This document shows positions 41,050 through 48,689 of a stretch of 49,311 nucleotides of DNA, piece after piece (position 1 is the stretch's first letter; the number at the start of each line of letters is the position of its first letter). The notes beneath the pieces were generated by a model. That model searched no databases. It had not been told where the DNA came from and saw only the letters and a list, made by a program, of their open reading frames with translations. Both the position numbers and the translations under genes were made by a program. Origin of the DNA: Candidatus Nanoarchaeia archaeon (GTDB taxonomy: Archaea > Nanobdellota > Nanobdellia > Woesearchaeales > ARS49); assembly GCA_035292785.1 (NCBI GenBank), contig DATDPK010000052.1, forward strand, positions 1 to 49,311. The letters run 5' to 3'.

Positions 41050-42692
41050 CTGAAACCCCTATCACCAAGATTTTTGTAGTCGCCAACATTTTTGCATTGA
41101 ATGCCGTCCCAACACTGGCTATCAGTACAGCAACCCTTGCTTGCCTCATTCTGCAAAGGAGACCAAGAAATAGATTTTACAACCTGGGTAGTATTACTGC
41201 TAATCAACAGCCAATTGCCGCCAGGCATACAAACAGCATTTTGATTTACACCAGTCAACAATGCGCCCTTCAAAGGATCACCGCAAGGACCTTTTGCTGT
41301 CGGAGTAACGCCTGTATTCTGGAACAAGGACAAGCTTGCAGACTGTGTTGCGCCTGCCTGAAGACTTGGATTGCACACGTAAAACTTGCCCTTATAATTC
41401 ATAATCGTGGCATTGCCCAAAAGAAAACTGCCAGTAGGAATGAATTGGTTGTTGAAACAACCGCCAGCACCATTAGAGTCCTCATAAGTATCAGCCTGAG
41501 TGTTGTCATCAGCAGGGTCACCACAACACTTAGTGCCTGACCACGCAATACCAGGCCATTTCTTGCCAGCAGCAACGCAAGCATCTTTATTGGTATTCAA
41601 ATCAGAAACCCAAGTGCCATCAGGAGCACAGAACTGAATAACATCAGAATCATCAGCAACCCAATCGCCGCTTGCCTTAACCTGATTGCCCTCTGACAAA
41701 GAAGTGCCATCACCAACACACTCATAAATTGTGGTTATGCTCGACTTGCACAAAAACTCGTGGCCGCTAACAAGCTTTTTTGTAAATGAGTTGAATGTTG
41801 TGCCGGACAAAGCAGAAGGAACACTGCCACAAATTGAAAGAGTCTGGCCGTCTGCAAGGAAAGAAGCATTACCAGAACAAGAAAGCTCTATGGCCTGGCC
41901 TGCAAGCGCTGCAGAAGACCACTTCCACTTATTAGCAGGATTTTTACCGCAAATGGCCCGTATAGTAGAATAAAATTTACACGGCTCAGTCTTATAAGCA
42001 GTATCAACACCGCAACAAATACTTTGAGTAGTTCTTCTCGTACCGTCAAACCAAACACCACCCCAATCACCGCCAGCCTGATCGCAAGACTGAGACTGGG
42101 CTGCATCACAAAGATCGTTGCCGTCAGAGTCTATACAGGCAAAAATGTTTTTCGAAGAATCAACCCAGACGCGGACACCAACAGTCTTGCTTTTTACTTG
42201 AATTGCTGCACTGGTGAAATAAGTGGGCACGGCAAAATCAGCAGCAGAGCCCAAGAATTTACTGCCGTCGGAACGAGTGACATTGGCACGGTAAGCAGGA
42301 GCATCTATCCAAACGTGGGAATAACCAGGCTCACCTGTTTCTGAGTTTGCACAAACCTTAATCTCATCACCCATTCCTTGAATAGGCCCGACACCAATTG
42401 GCCCTCCCCTGGATTTACCTGTGCCGCTTCCACCTGAAACTCTCTGGCCGGCATTATAAATAAAAATTCCAATCTCAACATTCTTCTCGTTTCTGCCAAA
42501 ATGAGTAATATCAGCAGAAGCCTTAAGAGGCGCCTGATAAGGCAACGTGAACAAGGAATAAGGAGAAGAACAGCCTCCAAGCGAAATAACATCACTGCGG
42601 TACTGGGTAAGTTCCCACTCAAACTCCAAAGCAGAGACGTTTACTGCGAGAATGAGAACTATTACTACCCAAAACCCCTTTTTTGTCATCAT
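41040..42692 (-). CDS. large prepilin-like Cys-rich protein (~550 aa); first gene of operon B
   Basis: Start called at the ATG pair 42687-42692 (MMTKKG|FWVVIVLILAVNVSA), because the ATG at 42716 lies inside the TATA-like element. Three CCG/CCT doublets. Confidence 0.6.
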   Translation of the reverse strand: MMTKKGFWVVIVLILAVNVSALEFEWELTQYRSDVISLGGCSSPYSLFTLPYQAPLKASADITHFGRNEKNVEIGIFIYNAGQRVSGGSGTGKSRGGPIGVGPIQGMGDEIKVCANSETGEPGYSHVWIDAPAYRANVTRSDGSKFLGSAADFAVPTYFTSAAIQVKSKTVGVRVWVDSSKNIFACIDSDGNDLCDAAQSQSCDQAGGDWGGVWFDGTRRTTQSICCGVDTAYKTEPCKFYSTIRAICGKNPANKWKWSSAALAGQAIELSCSGNASFLADGQTLSICGSVPSALSGTTFNSFTKKLVSGHEFLCKSSITTIYECVGDGTSLSEGNQVKASGDWVADDSDVIQFCAPDGTWVSDLNTNKDACVAAGKKWPGIAWSGTKCCGDPADDNTQADTYEDSNGAGGCFNNQFIPTGSFLLGNATIMNYKGKFYVCNPSLQAGATQSASLSLFQNTGVTPTAKGPCGDPLKGALLTGVNQNAVCMPGGNWLLISSNTTQVVKSISWSPLQNEASKGCCTDSQCWDGIQCKNVGDYKNLGDRGFRCQ

Positions 42693-42715
42693 CACGTGAT
42701 TGACATATAAGAACA

Positions 42716-42727
42716 TTTAAATATTTT
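42716..42727. promoter_or_regulatory. shared symmetric TATA-like element (tttaaatatttt) between operon B and the divergent Cys-rich gene
   Basis: Sits in a 53-nt spacer. Centre is about 29 nt from the minus ATG (42692) and about 25 nt from the plus ATG (42746). Confidence 0.4.
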
Positions 42728-42745
42728 GGTCGAAGCACACATAAT

Positions 42746-43261
42746 ATGAAAAAGGCAGTGATAGTGCTCATCATAATACTAATTCTGGCAATAGGAGCAG
42801 TAGTTTGGTTAATAAGGCCGGTTGAAAGGCCACTAACACCAGAAAGTGCAGTTGAACTTGCTGCTATGAACTGTGATAAGGACACAAAAGAACTCGTTCT
42901 ATTAGTACAAGCACTGCAGTCAGGCAATTGTGGCAGAATAAATGACAATGTACTGAATGTATACTGCCAGGCAGCATTCGGCACAAACAAATGCGCAGAA
43001 CTATGGCAGGAAAGACAGAACTCGTGCAATGCAATACTGCAGCGCAACCCAGCAGGATGTGAAGATGAAACCTGCAATGGAATACTTGAAAATGAACAAG
43101 GATGCGAGTCATCAACGTGCACAGCTTTAGCAAGAAGAGATATAGCAGGAATAACAGACCCAACAGAATGCGCTGAAATAGTTCAAAGCGCAGAAAGAAA
43201 TGCAGAATGCTTCCAGAAAGCAACAAGCCCTGAGGAAATGGACGCTTGCATTAATGCATAG
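42746..43261 (+). CDS. membrane-anchored or secreted 12-Cys protein, 171 aa
   Basis: N-terminus MKKAVIVLIIILILAIGAVVWLI followed by a helical ectodomain with 12 Cys. No recognisable family. Confidence 0.55.
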   Translation: MKKAVIVLIIILILAIGAVVWLIRPVERPLTPESAVELAAMNCDKDTKELVLLVQALQSGNCGRINDNVLNVYCQAAFGTNKCAELWQERQNSCNAILQRNPAGCEDETCNGILENEQGCESSTCTALARRDIAGITDPTECAEIVQSAERNAECFQKATSPEEMDACINA

Positions 43262-43817
43262 CTGATTTTGCATCAATCAAGCCAAGCTGTTGAAAGAAAG
43301 CAGACAAATCGCCGGGAGAACGCATACCAAAAGGGTCCTTTGCAAAACTGCCAATGCGCACAGAAGTTTTAAACTTTTTACACAACAAAATGTTCTGCAT
43401 CATCCTGCCCATAAGCTTAACACGCTCAACATTAGAAGCAGAAAGAACTGCATTAAAAGAAAAACCAATTGCAACCTTATTCTCAGAAGCAATACGGCAA
43501 AGCACCTGATTAAGACCAGAGCGGCGATAATGAGTCTTGTCCCTGTCCTCAGAAGACTCCATTCCGAAAACAACATCAGCGCCACGCTCAATAGCAGTAC
43601 GAGCATCACCATCGCAGAATGCGAGAGCACCGGCACTATGAGCTTTTTCAATTTTATTGGGAGGCACAAGCAAAGCATTCACGATTTTTATTGGAGATTT
43701 ATCTGCAAAAAAGGCAGACTTGTCGTTGTATACAAAGATAAGACCTGAAAAGCCAAGACAGACGGCCATCTCAATAAAATCACGCTCATTGCCTCTAGGA
43801 AATACTATGTCAAACAT
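43251..43817 (-). CDS. rnp3: RNase P protein component 3 (Rpp30/Pop2 family)
   Basis: 188 aa from the ATG at 43815-43817 (MFDIVFPRGNE...). TIM-barrel Rpp30 pattern (GADVVFGME...GLNQVLCRIASENKVAIGFSFNAVL...RMMQNILLCKKF). Confidence 0.8.
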   Translation of the reverse strand: MFDIVFPRGNERDFIEMAVCLGFSGLIFVYNDKSAFFADKSPIKIVNALLVPPNKIEKAHSAGALAFCDGDARTAIERGADVVFGMESSEDRDKTHYRRSGLNQVLCRIASENKVAIGFSFNAVLSASNVERVKLMGRMMQNILLCKKFKTSVRIGSFAKDPFGMRSPGDLSAFFQQLGLIDAKSAMH

Positions 43818-43837
43818 AAAATAAAAGCCGCGATAAG

Positions 43838-43846
43838 TATTTAAAA
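43838..43846. promoter_or_regulatory. shared TATA-like element (tatttaaaa) between rnp3 and the pseudouridine synthase gene
   Basis: Sits in a 51-nt spacer. Centre is about 25 nt from the minus ATG (43817) and about 27 nt from the plus ATG (43869). Confidence 0.4.
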
Positions 43847-43868
43847 GGCTTTCGACGGTGATGGACAA

Positions 43869-44567
43869 ATGCAGGAAAGAATACAGAAAATACTTGCACA
43901 AGCAGGAATAGCAAGCAGAAGAAAATGCGAGCAATTAATCGCAGAGGGAAAAGTGCAGGTAAATGGAAAAGTTGCAACTCTTGGAGAGAAAGCAAGCCAT
44001 GAAGACAAGATAACAGTAGAAGGCAAGCCGATAATTTTGCAGAAAAAAACCTACATCGCACTAAACAAACCAAGAGGATACGTGACAACAGTAAGCGAAC
44101 AGCACGGAATGAAAACAGTGATGGACTTGGTGAAGATAAAACAAAGAGTTTACCCTGTAGGAAGACTGGACAAGCACACAGAAGGACTATTGCTGTTGAC
44201 AAACGACGGAGAATTTGCGAATAAATTGACACACCCAAGATATGAAATTGAAAAAGAATACTACGTTGAATTGGACAAGCCGCTAAGCCAGGAAGAAATC
44301 GACCATTTAAACAGAGGAGTGATGATAGACGACAGAAAAATAAGGATAAAAGATCTGGAAATACGCAACAAAGAAGTTCTTCTGCGAATACATGAAGGAA
44401 GAAAACACATAGTCAGAAGAATATTTGAAAAACTCGGCAAGGAAGTAAAAAGGCTGGTCAGGACAAGAATTGCAATGCTTGAACTCGGAGATTTACAACG
44501 AGGCAAATGGAGATATCTGACGCCAGCAGAAATCAAGCAGATAAGAACTCATTCAACTTCTCGTTAA
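43869..44567 (+). CDS. RsuA/RluB-family pseudouridine synthase with N-terminal S4 domain
   Basis: 232 aa. S4 motif (RIQKILAQAGIASRRKCEQLIAEGKVQVNG) and catalytic motif VYPVGRLDKHTEGLLLLTNDG. Confidence 0.9.
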   Translation: MQERIQKILAQAGIASRRKCEQLIAEGKVQVNGKVATLGEKASHEDKITVEGKPIILQKKTYIALNKPRGYVTTVSEQHGMKTVMDLVKIKQRVYPVGRLDKHTEGLLLLTNDGEFANKLTHPRYEIEKEYYVELDKPLSQEEIDHLNRGVMIDDRKIRIKDLEIRNKEVLLRIHEGRKHIVRRIFEKLGKEVKRLVRTRIAMLELGDLQRGKWRYLTPAEIKQIRTHSTSR

Positions 44568-45366
44568 CCTGCTTTTCAGACAGGCCAACCAAAGGACGCA
44601 AAATTACAAGAGAAGTCTTAACATCACTTACATTATCAATAAGCTGGCCAACGACAACTGCTTTTGCGTTCGCGTCCCTGGCGATAAAATCAATTTCGCC
44701 CTCCTTCATCAGCCTTGGTGCAAGCGCGCCATATTTTGCCAAGACTGGATGTTGAATTTCTGAAAAAGAAACAGGAATGACATTGCAGCCGCGCTGAAGC
44801 ATCAAAAGAGCAGCAAGCAAACTTGCGCTGTTATCAATCAAAGCAAGAACAGTGCCTTCTGAACCAACAGGCAGGCCGCCAAAACACTCAGTCCTTTCAA
44901 CAAAAACATAAGCCTTGTTGTTGATAAGCTCAACACCGACTTCAAAGTCAAACTCAGTCAGGTCAACTTCTGCATTAGTGCGCGAAACAAGCTCGGCGCC
45001 AAGCTGGTGCTCAACATCCCTTGAAGTCAAAGACATAGTCTTATCCAAACGCTGGCAGGAAACGCGGAAAGAAACGCGGTCATTCAGCTCGCACAAATGC
45101 AAAGCTGCATTAGCCATTGATTCAATATCAGGAACTGTTTCAAGAGCAGGACTGCAGGAAGAAATTCCGAAAATACGCTTAAGAGAGGAAATGCCTTTTT
45201 TTAAGCTGACAATAATCCTGCCATAACGCCTTTCAATAGGGCCGACAGACAAGCCGTCAGCGCGGAAGGCAAGACGAATATTGTTCACCAACAAATCCTC
45301 AAAGCGACCCCTATTAGCGCCCTTAAGCCCGATTTCATCATACCTGACCAAAATACAAGACTTCAT
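44533..45366 (-). CDS. truncated ThiI-like protein (NFLD plus THUMP domains, degenerate PP-loop)
   Basis: 277 aa from the ATG at 45364-45366, which forms ATGA with the desulfurase stop; the track start is GTG. N-terminus ILVRYDEIGLKGANRGRFE is ThiI-like. The PP-loop position reads ALIDNSAS (nt 44821-44844) instead of SGGxDS. Confidence 0.65.
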   Translation of the reverse strand: MKSCILVRYDEIGLKGANRGRFEDLLVNNIRLAFRADGLSVGPIERRYGRIIVSLKKGISSLKRIFGISSCSPALETVPDIESMANAALHLCELNDRVSFRVSCQRLDKTMSLTSRDVEHQLGAELVSRTNAEVDLTEFDFEVGVELINNKAYVFVERTECFGGLPVGSEGTVLALIDNSASLLAALLMLQRGCNVIPVSFSEIQHPVLAKYGALAPRLMKEGEIDFIARDANAKAVVVGQLIDNVSDVKTSLVILRPLVGLSEKQVNEKLNEFLSA

Positions 45367-46451
45367 AAGCACTCACGAATTGATTTAACAGCATAATCCA
45401 ATTCTTCTTTGGCCGTATATTTACTGAGCACGAAACGCAATGAACTGCGCATCAAATCAGAAGACAAGTTCATAGCTTTCAACACGTGGCTGGGCTCAAG
45501 CTGGCTTGAATTACAAGCACTGCCCATTGAACAAGCAACCCCTTTCTCGTCCAAAGAAAGCAAGAGGGCCTCGGATTCTTTGCCCTTGAAGCCAAGATGA
45601 GCATTGTTGCATAAACGATTAGGAGAGCCGTTCAAAACAGAAACATCAGAAAGCTGGCTGACAAAATAATCACGCAATTCTTTCATACGCTTAACGTCTT
45701 CTTCGGTAAAGAATTCAACAGCCTTTGCAAAACCAACAATATTGGGAACGTTCTGGGTTCCTGCACGCTTGCTGAATTCATGAGGGCCGCCGAATAATAA
45801 TGGAACAAAAGGAGTGCTTTCCCTAATTATCAAAGCGCCAACACCTTTGGGGCCGTGAATTTTATGAGCGCTGATAGAGATTAAATCAGCAACAGGCAAT
45901 TCAGCCTTGCAAAAACTCTGAACTGCATCAGTGTGGAACAAGATTCTGTTTTCTTTGCACAAAGAGCTTATTTCTTTCACGGGCTGAATAACGCCAGTCT
46001 CATTATTCGCGTGCATTATGCTGACTAAAATTGTATCCTTGCGAATAGCTGATTTCAAAGAATCCAGCTTGACAATGCCGTCACGAGAAACAGGAACATA
46101 AGTAACCTGAAAACCATCCTTTTCCAACTGCCTGCAAGATTCCAAGACAGAAGAGTGCTCAATCTGGGATGTAATGATGTGCTTCCCTTTTTTGTGCAAA
46201 GCTTTTGCAACACCAAAAATTGCAGAGTTATTAGCTTCAGAACCACCACTTGTGAAAATAACTTCTTCAGGACTGACTTTTGCCTTTTTTGCAATGATGT
46301 TACGTGCAGAGGAAATTGCATCCGAGGCTTCCCTGCCCCAAGAATGCAAACTCTGAGGGTTGCCGAATTTTACAGAAAAAAAAGGACGCATTGCAGAAAG
46401 AACTTCAGGAGCAACCTGCGTTGTAGAGCCATTATCCAAAAACACCCTCAT
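45363..46451 (-). CDS. iscS: class I cysteine desulfurase (IscS/NifS-like)
   Basis: 362 aa from the ATG at 46449-46451 (MRVFLDNGSTTQV), 27 nt downstream of a TATA-like box. PLP lysine motif SAHKIHGPKGVGAL and active-site loop SMGSACNS. Confidence 0.9.
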   Translation of the reverse strand: MRVFLDNGSTTQVAPEVLSAMRPFFSVKFGNPQSLHSWGREASDAISSARNIIAKKAKVSPEEVIFTSGGSEANNSAIFGVAKALHKKGKHIITSQIEHSSVLESCRQLEKDGFQVTYVPVSRDGIVKLDSLKSAIRKDTILVSIMHANNETGVIQPVKEISSLCKENRILFHTDAVQSFCKAELPVADLISISAHKIHGPKGVGALIIRESTPFVPLLFGGPHEFSKRAGTQNVPNIVGFAKAVEFFTEEDVKRMKELRDYFVSQLSDVSVLNGSPNRLCNNAHLGFKGKESEALLLSLDEKGVACSMGSACNSSQLEPSHVLKAMNLSSDLMRSSLRFVLSKYTAKEELDYAVKSIRECL

Positions 46452-46473
46452 AAGAGAAAAGCCGGCTAATGCG

Positions 46474-46482
46474 CTTTTAAAG
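46474..46482 (-). promoter_or_regulatory. TATA-like box for the desulfurase/ThiI-like operon
   Basis: The plus strand reads cttttaaag. Centre is about 27 nt upstream of the ATG at 46451. Confidence 0.35.
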
Positions 46483-46497
46483 CTTTCCGCCGAAACC

Positions 46498-46507
46498 TTT
46501 TTAAATA
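46498..46507 (+). promoter_or_regulatory. TATA-like box for the rpl34e-rpl14e operon
   Basis: tttttaaata centred about 26 nt upstream of the ATG at 46528. Confidence 0.35.
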
Positions 46508-46527
46508 GCCTGCCTCCCCACGAGAAT

Positions 46528-46800
46528 ATGGTAGTACCAAGATACAGGTCAAGAACGTTCAGGCGAATATACACAAGAACGCCAAGCGGAAACACAGTAA
46601 TACATTACAAAAGAAGAAGAAATGCAAGCCCAAGCTGTGCAAACTGCGGAAACAAATTACCCGGAGTAGCACGCGGAACAATCACAGAAGTACGCTCACT
46701 AGCAAAAAGCTCACGCAGACCAGAACGCCCCTACGGCGGAGTGCTCTGCAGTGCGTGCACAAGACGAACAATAATAGCAAAAGCAAGGGCAGAAACATGA
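46528..46800 (+). CDS. rpl34e: 50S ribosomal protein eL34
   Basis: 90 aa from the ATG at 46528 (MVVPRYRSRTFRRIYTRTPSGNTVIHYKRR...CANCGNKLPGV). Confidence 0.9.
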   Translation: MVVPRYRSRTFRRIYTRTPSGNTVIHYKRRRNASPSCANCGNKLPGVARGTITEVRSLAKSSRRPERPYGGVLCSACTRRTIIAKARAET

Positions 46801-47045
46801 TAACAACAGGAAGACTTTGCGTAAAAATCACAGGAAGAGACGCAGGAAAGAAATGCGTTGTGGTCGACACTGACAAAAAATTTGCAGTAATAGACGGCGA
46901 AACAAGACGCAGAAAATGCAACATATTACACCTTGAGCCATTGGACAAAACACTTGACATAAAAAAAGGCGCAAGCCACGAAGAAGTCGCAAAAGCATTC
47001 AAATCACTCGGAATTGTTCTTACAGAGAAAAAGGCAAAGAAGTAA
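46797..47045 (+). CDS. rpl14e: 50S ribosomal protein eL14 (KOW motif)
   Basis: 82 aa from the ATG at 46797, which forms ATGA with the eL34 stop (MITTGRLCVKITGRDAGKKCVVVD). Confidence 0.9.
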   Translation: MITTGRLCVKITGRDAGKKCVVVDTDKKFAVIDGETRRRKCNILHLEPLDKTLDIKKGASHEEVAKAFKSLGIVLTEKKAKK

Positions 47046-48689
47046 CTATTTCTTGCATTCGAAAAGCACAGACAAGTTCAGCTCACAGCCTGAAACTGGA
47101 AGCTCCAAACCAAAATGTTCAAGAACTGCAGGATGTAATTCACCAAAGAAGCCGACATTCTTATTGTCAACCATTATTGAAGCAGCACGGCCAGGAACAA
47201 AACAAGACATCTCAAGCTCTTCAAGCGAGTACTTAATGTTGGACATACGCAAGAGATAATCAACAGCCTGCTTCATCTCAGTAAAACCAGCTGAAGAATG
47301 ACAGCTCACAGCAGAAAGATGCTGCTGGTCGTGCACGTTTTCTTTATCGCGCACTGAAATTATGCCCTGCTCGAAAATACGCTGAGGAAAATCAACGTGC
47401 TTGTTCCTTGACAAAACGTCCATCATAATGGGCATAAGCCAGGAACGAACACCAGCATAAGTATTAGACATAGGATTCTCAATTTCAACAGTGCCGAGGT
47501 CAGAAATGTTCATCTTATCGTACAACAAGTCCTTGCTGGAAAGTACAGGGCTGAGAACTTCCTGATAGCTTAAGCCAACCCAAAGCTCGCGAATTGTGTC
47601 AATAAATCTCTGAATTTCAAAAGTACCGCCAATGGTATAGGAAGACAGAGGAAGAGGCTTGAAATTATCATAACCATACATAATGCCAACATCCTCAACA
47701 ACATCAAAAGCGTGCATAATGTCGTGGCGATAAGGAGGAATCAAAACTTTGCCGGAAGAATAATCATAACGCATCTTCTCCAAAGCAACCTTAAGCTCAG
47801 CCTGCTTCAACTTAATACCCAACAAGCGCTCAACATCATCCTCATTAAACTTAATGCTCCTAACCTCAAAGGAAGGTGTTGTAACCTTTTTTGATGCATA
47901 CTCAATTGTCAAAGGATAAATCTTGAAACCACGGTCAGCAAGAGCATACGCGAAAATATTGGCAACCAAATCAACAGACTCCATATCCATTCCAGTTGTA
48001 TCAAATAACAAAGAATCATCACCAACCTGAACACGACCGGTTTCCTCGCTGTTGATAATCGGAGCCAAACTCAAAATGTCCTTTTTCGCATCCAAAAACA
48101 CAGGATAAAACGGCTTGCCCTTCAAAATATGGCCGTATTCCTTGCCCTTGGGATGACGCTCCAAAACCTGCTGCAAAGACATAGGAGAATGAGAATCCAA
48201 AGGCACAAACTTCTCACTTGGAGACGCAGCCTTGAAGTAAACAGGGAAAGTAATTTTCCTAAGAGGATAAACACCAATCGAAATCTTCTGACGCTTCCTG
48301 CCAAAATTTTCAGCAAGCTTTTCCTGAAGCTGAATCAACTGCTTCAGCAAATAATCATCAATTTTTCTCCCCTTTGCAACAAAACAAGCAACAAAAGGAC
48401 GAATGCTCGAAAGGCGCTTGTCGACAATAACCTTTCCAATCGGAGCCTCTGTCTTAACTTTCGGAATTCCCTTTTCCTTTCCAAGAATGCCACGGAACAA
48501 ACGGGCAAGACCTTCAACACTCCACAAATAAGGCTGATTAGTATCGTTAAACTTCACAGAAACTTCCCTGCTAAGCTGAGACTCAAGCTCAGCCTTGGCA
48601 CAGCTTAACAAGTATGTAAGCTTCTTTTCATCAAGCTTTTGGCCAGTCAGTTTGCACAAGTCCTCAAACGAAAAAGTAATTGTTGGCAT
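47046..48689 (-). CDS. pheT: phenylalanyl-tRNA synthetase beta subunit (archaeal type)
   Basis: 547 aa from the ATG at 48687-48689, which overlaps the pheS stop as TGATG. B3/4 and B5 domains plus a catalytic-like C-terminal domain typical of archaeal PheT. Confidence 0.92.
   Translation of the reverse strand: MPTITFSFEDLCKLTGQKLDEKKLTYLLSCAKAELESQLSREVSVKFNDTNQPYLWSVEGLARLFRGILGKEKGIPKVKTEAPIGKVIVDKRLSSIRPFVACFVAKGRKIDDYLLKQLIQLQEKLAENFGRKRQKISIGVYPLRKITFPVYFKAASPSEKFVPLDSHSPMSLQQVLERHPKGKEYGHILKGKPFYPVFLDAKKDILSLAPIINSEETGRVQVGDDSLLFDTTGMDMESVDLVANIFAYALADRGFKIYPLTIEYASKKVTTPSFEVRSIKFNEDDVERLLGIKLKQAELKVALEKMRYDYSSGKVLIPPYRHDIMHAFDVVEDVGIMYGYDNFKPLPLSSYTIGGTFEIQRFIDTIRELWVGLSYQEVLSPVLSSKDLLYDKMNISDLGTVEIENPMSNTYAGVRSWLMPIMMDVLSRNKHVDFPQRIFEQGIISVRDKENVHDQQHLSAVSCHSSAGFTEMKQAVDYLLRMSNIKYSLEELEMSCFVPGRAASIMVDNKNVGFFGELHPAVLEHFGLELPVSGCELNLSVLFECKK

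Noticed and set aside
43810-44238. 142-aa minus-strand ORF opposite the pseudouridine synthase gene, and the long N-terminal extension of the Rpp30 ORF to 43934.
   Set aside because: The plus-strand gene has unambiguous S4 and RsuA motifs. The Rpp30 similarity begins at MFDIVF (ATG 43817), and the extension would swallow the shared promoter.
44533-44567. Convergent 3' overlaps of opposite-strand genes: 35 nt at 44533-44567, 14 nt at 16780-16793, 10 nt at 31062-31071 and 4 nt at 504-507.
   Set aside because: This is consistent with the extreme compaction seen throughout the window. There is no evidence for an antisense regulatory role beyond that.
46360-46595. ORF-track N-terminal extensions of the desulfurase (to 46595) and of eL34 (from 46360), which overlap each other.
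   Set aside because: Family similarity starts at MRVFLDNGSTT (46451) and at MVVPRYRS (46528). Each of those ATGs sits about 26 nt downstream of its own TATA-like box. Similar TTG/GTG-initiated extensions at 4273, 8589, 13262, 16035, 23069, 38651, 45372, 48692 and 49267 were trimmed for the same reason.
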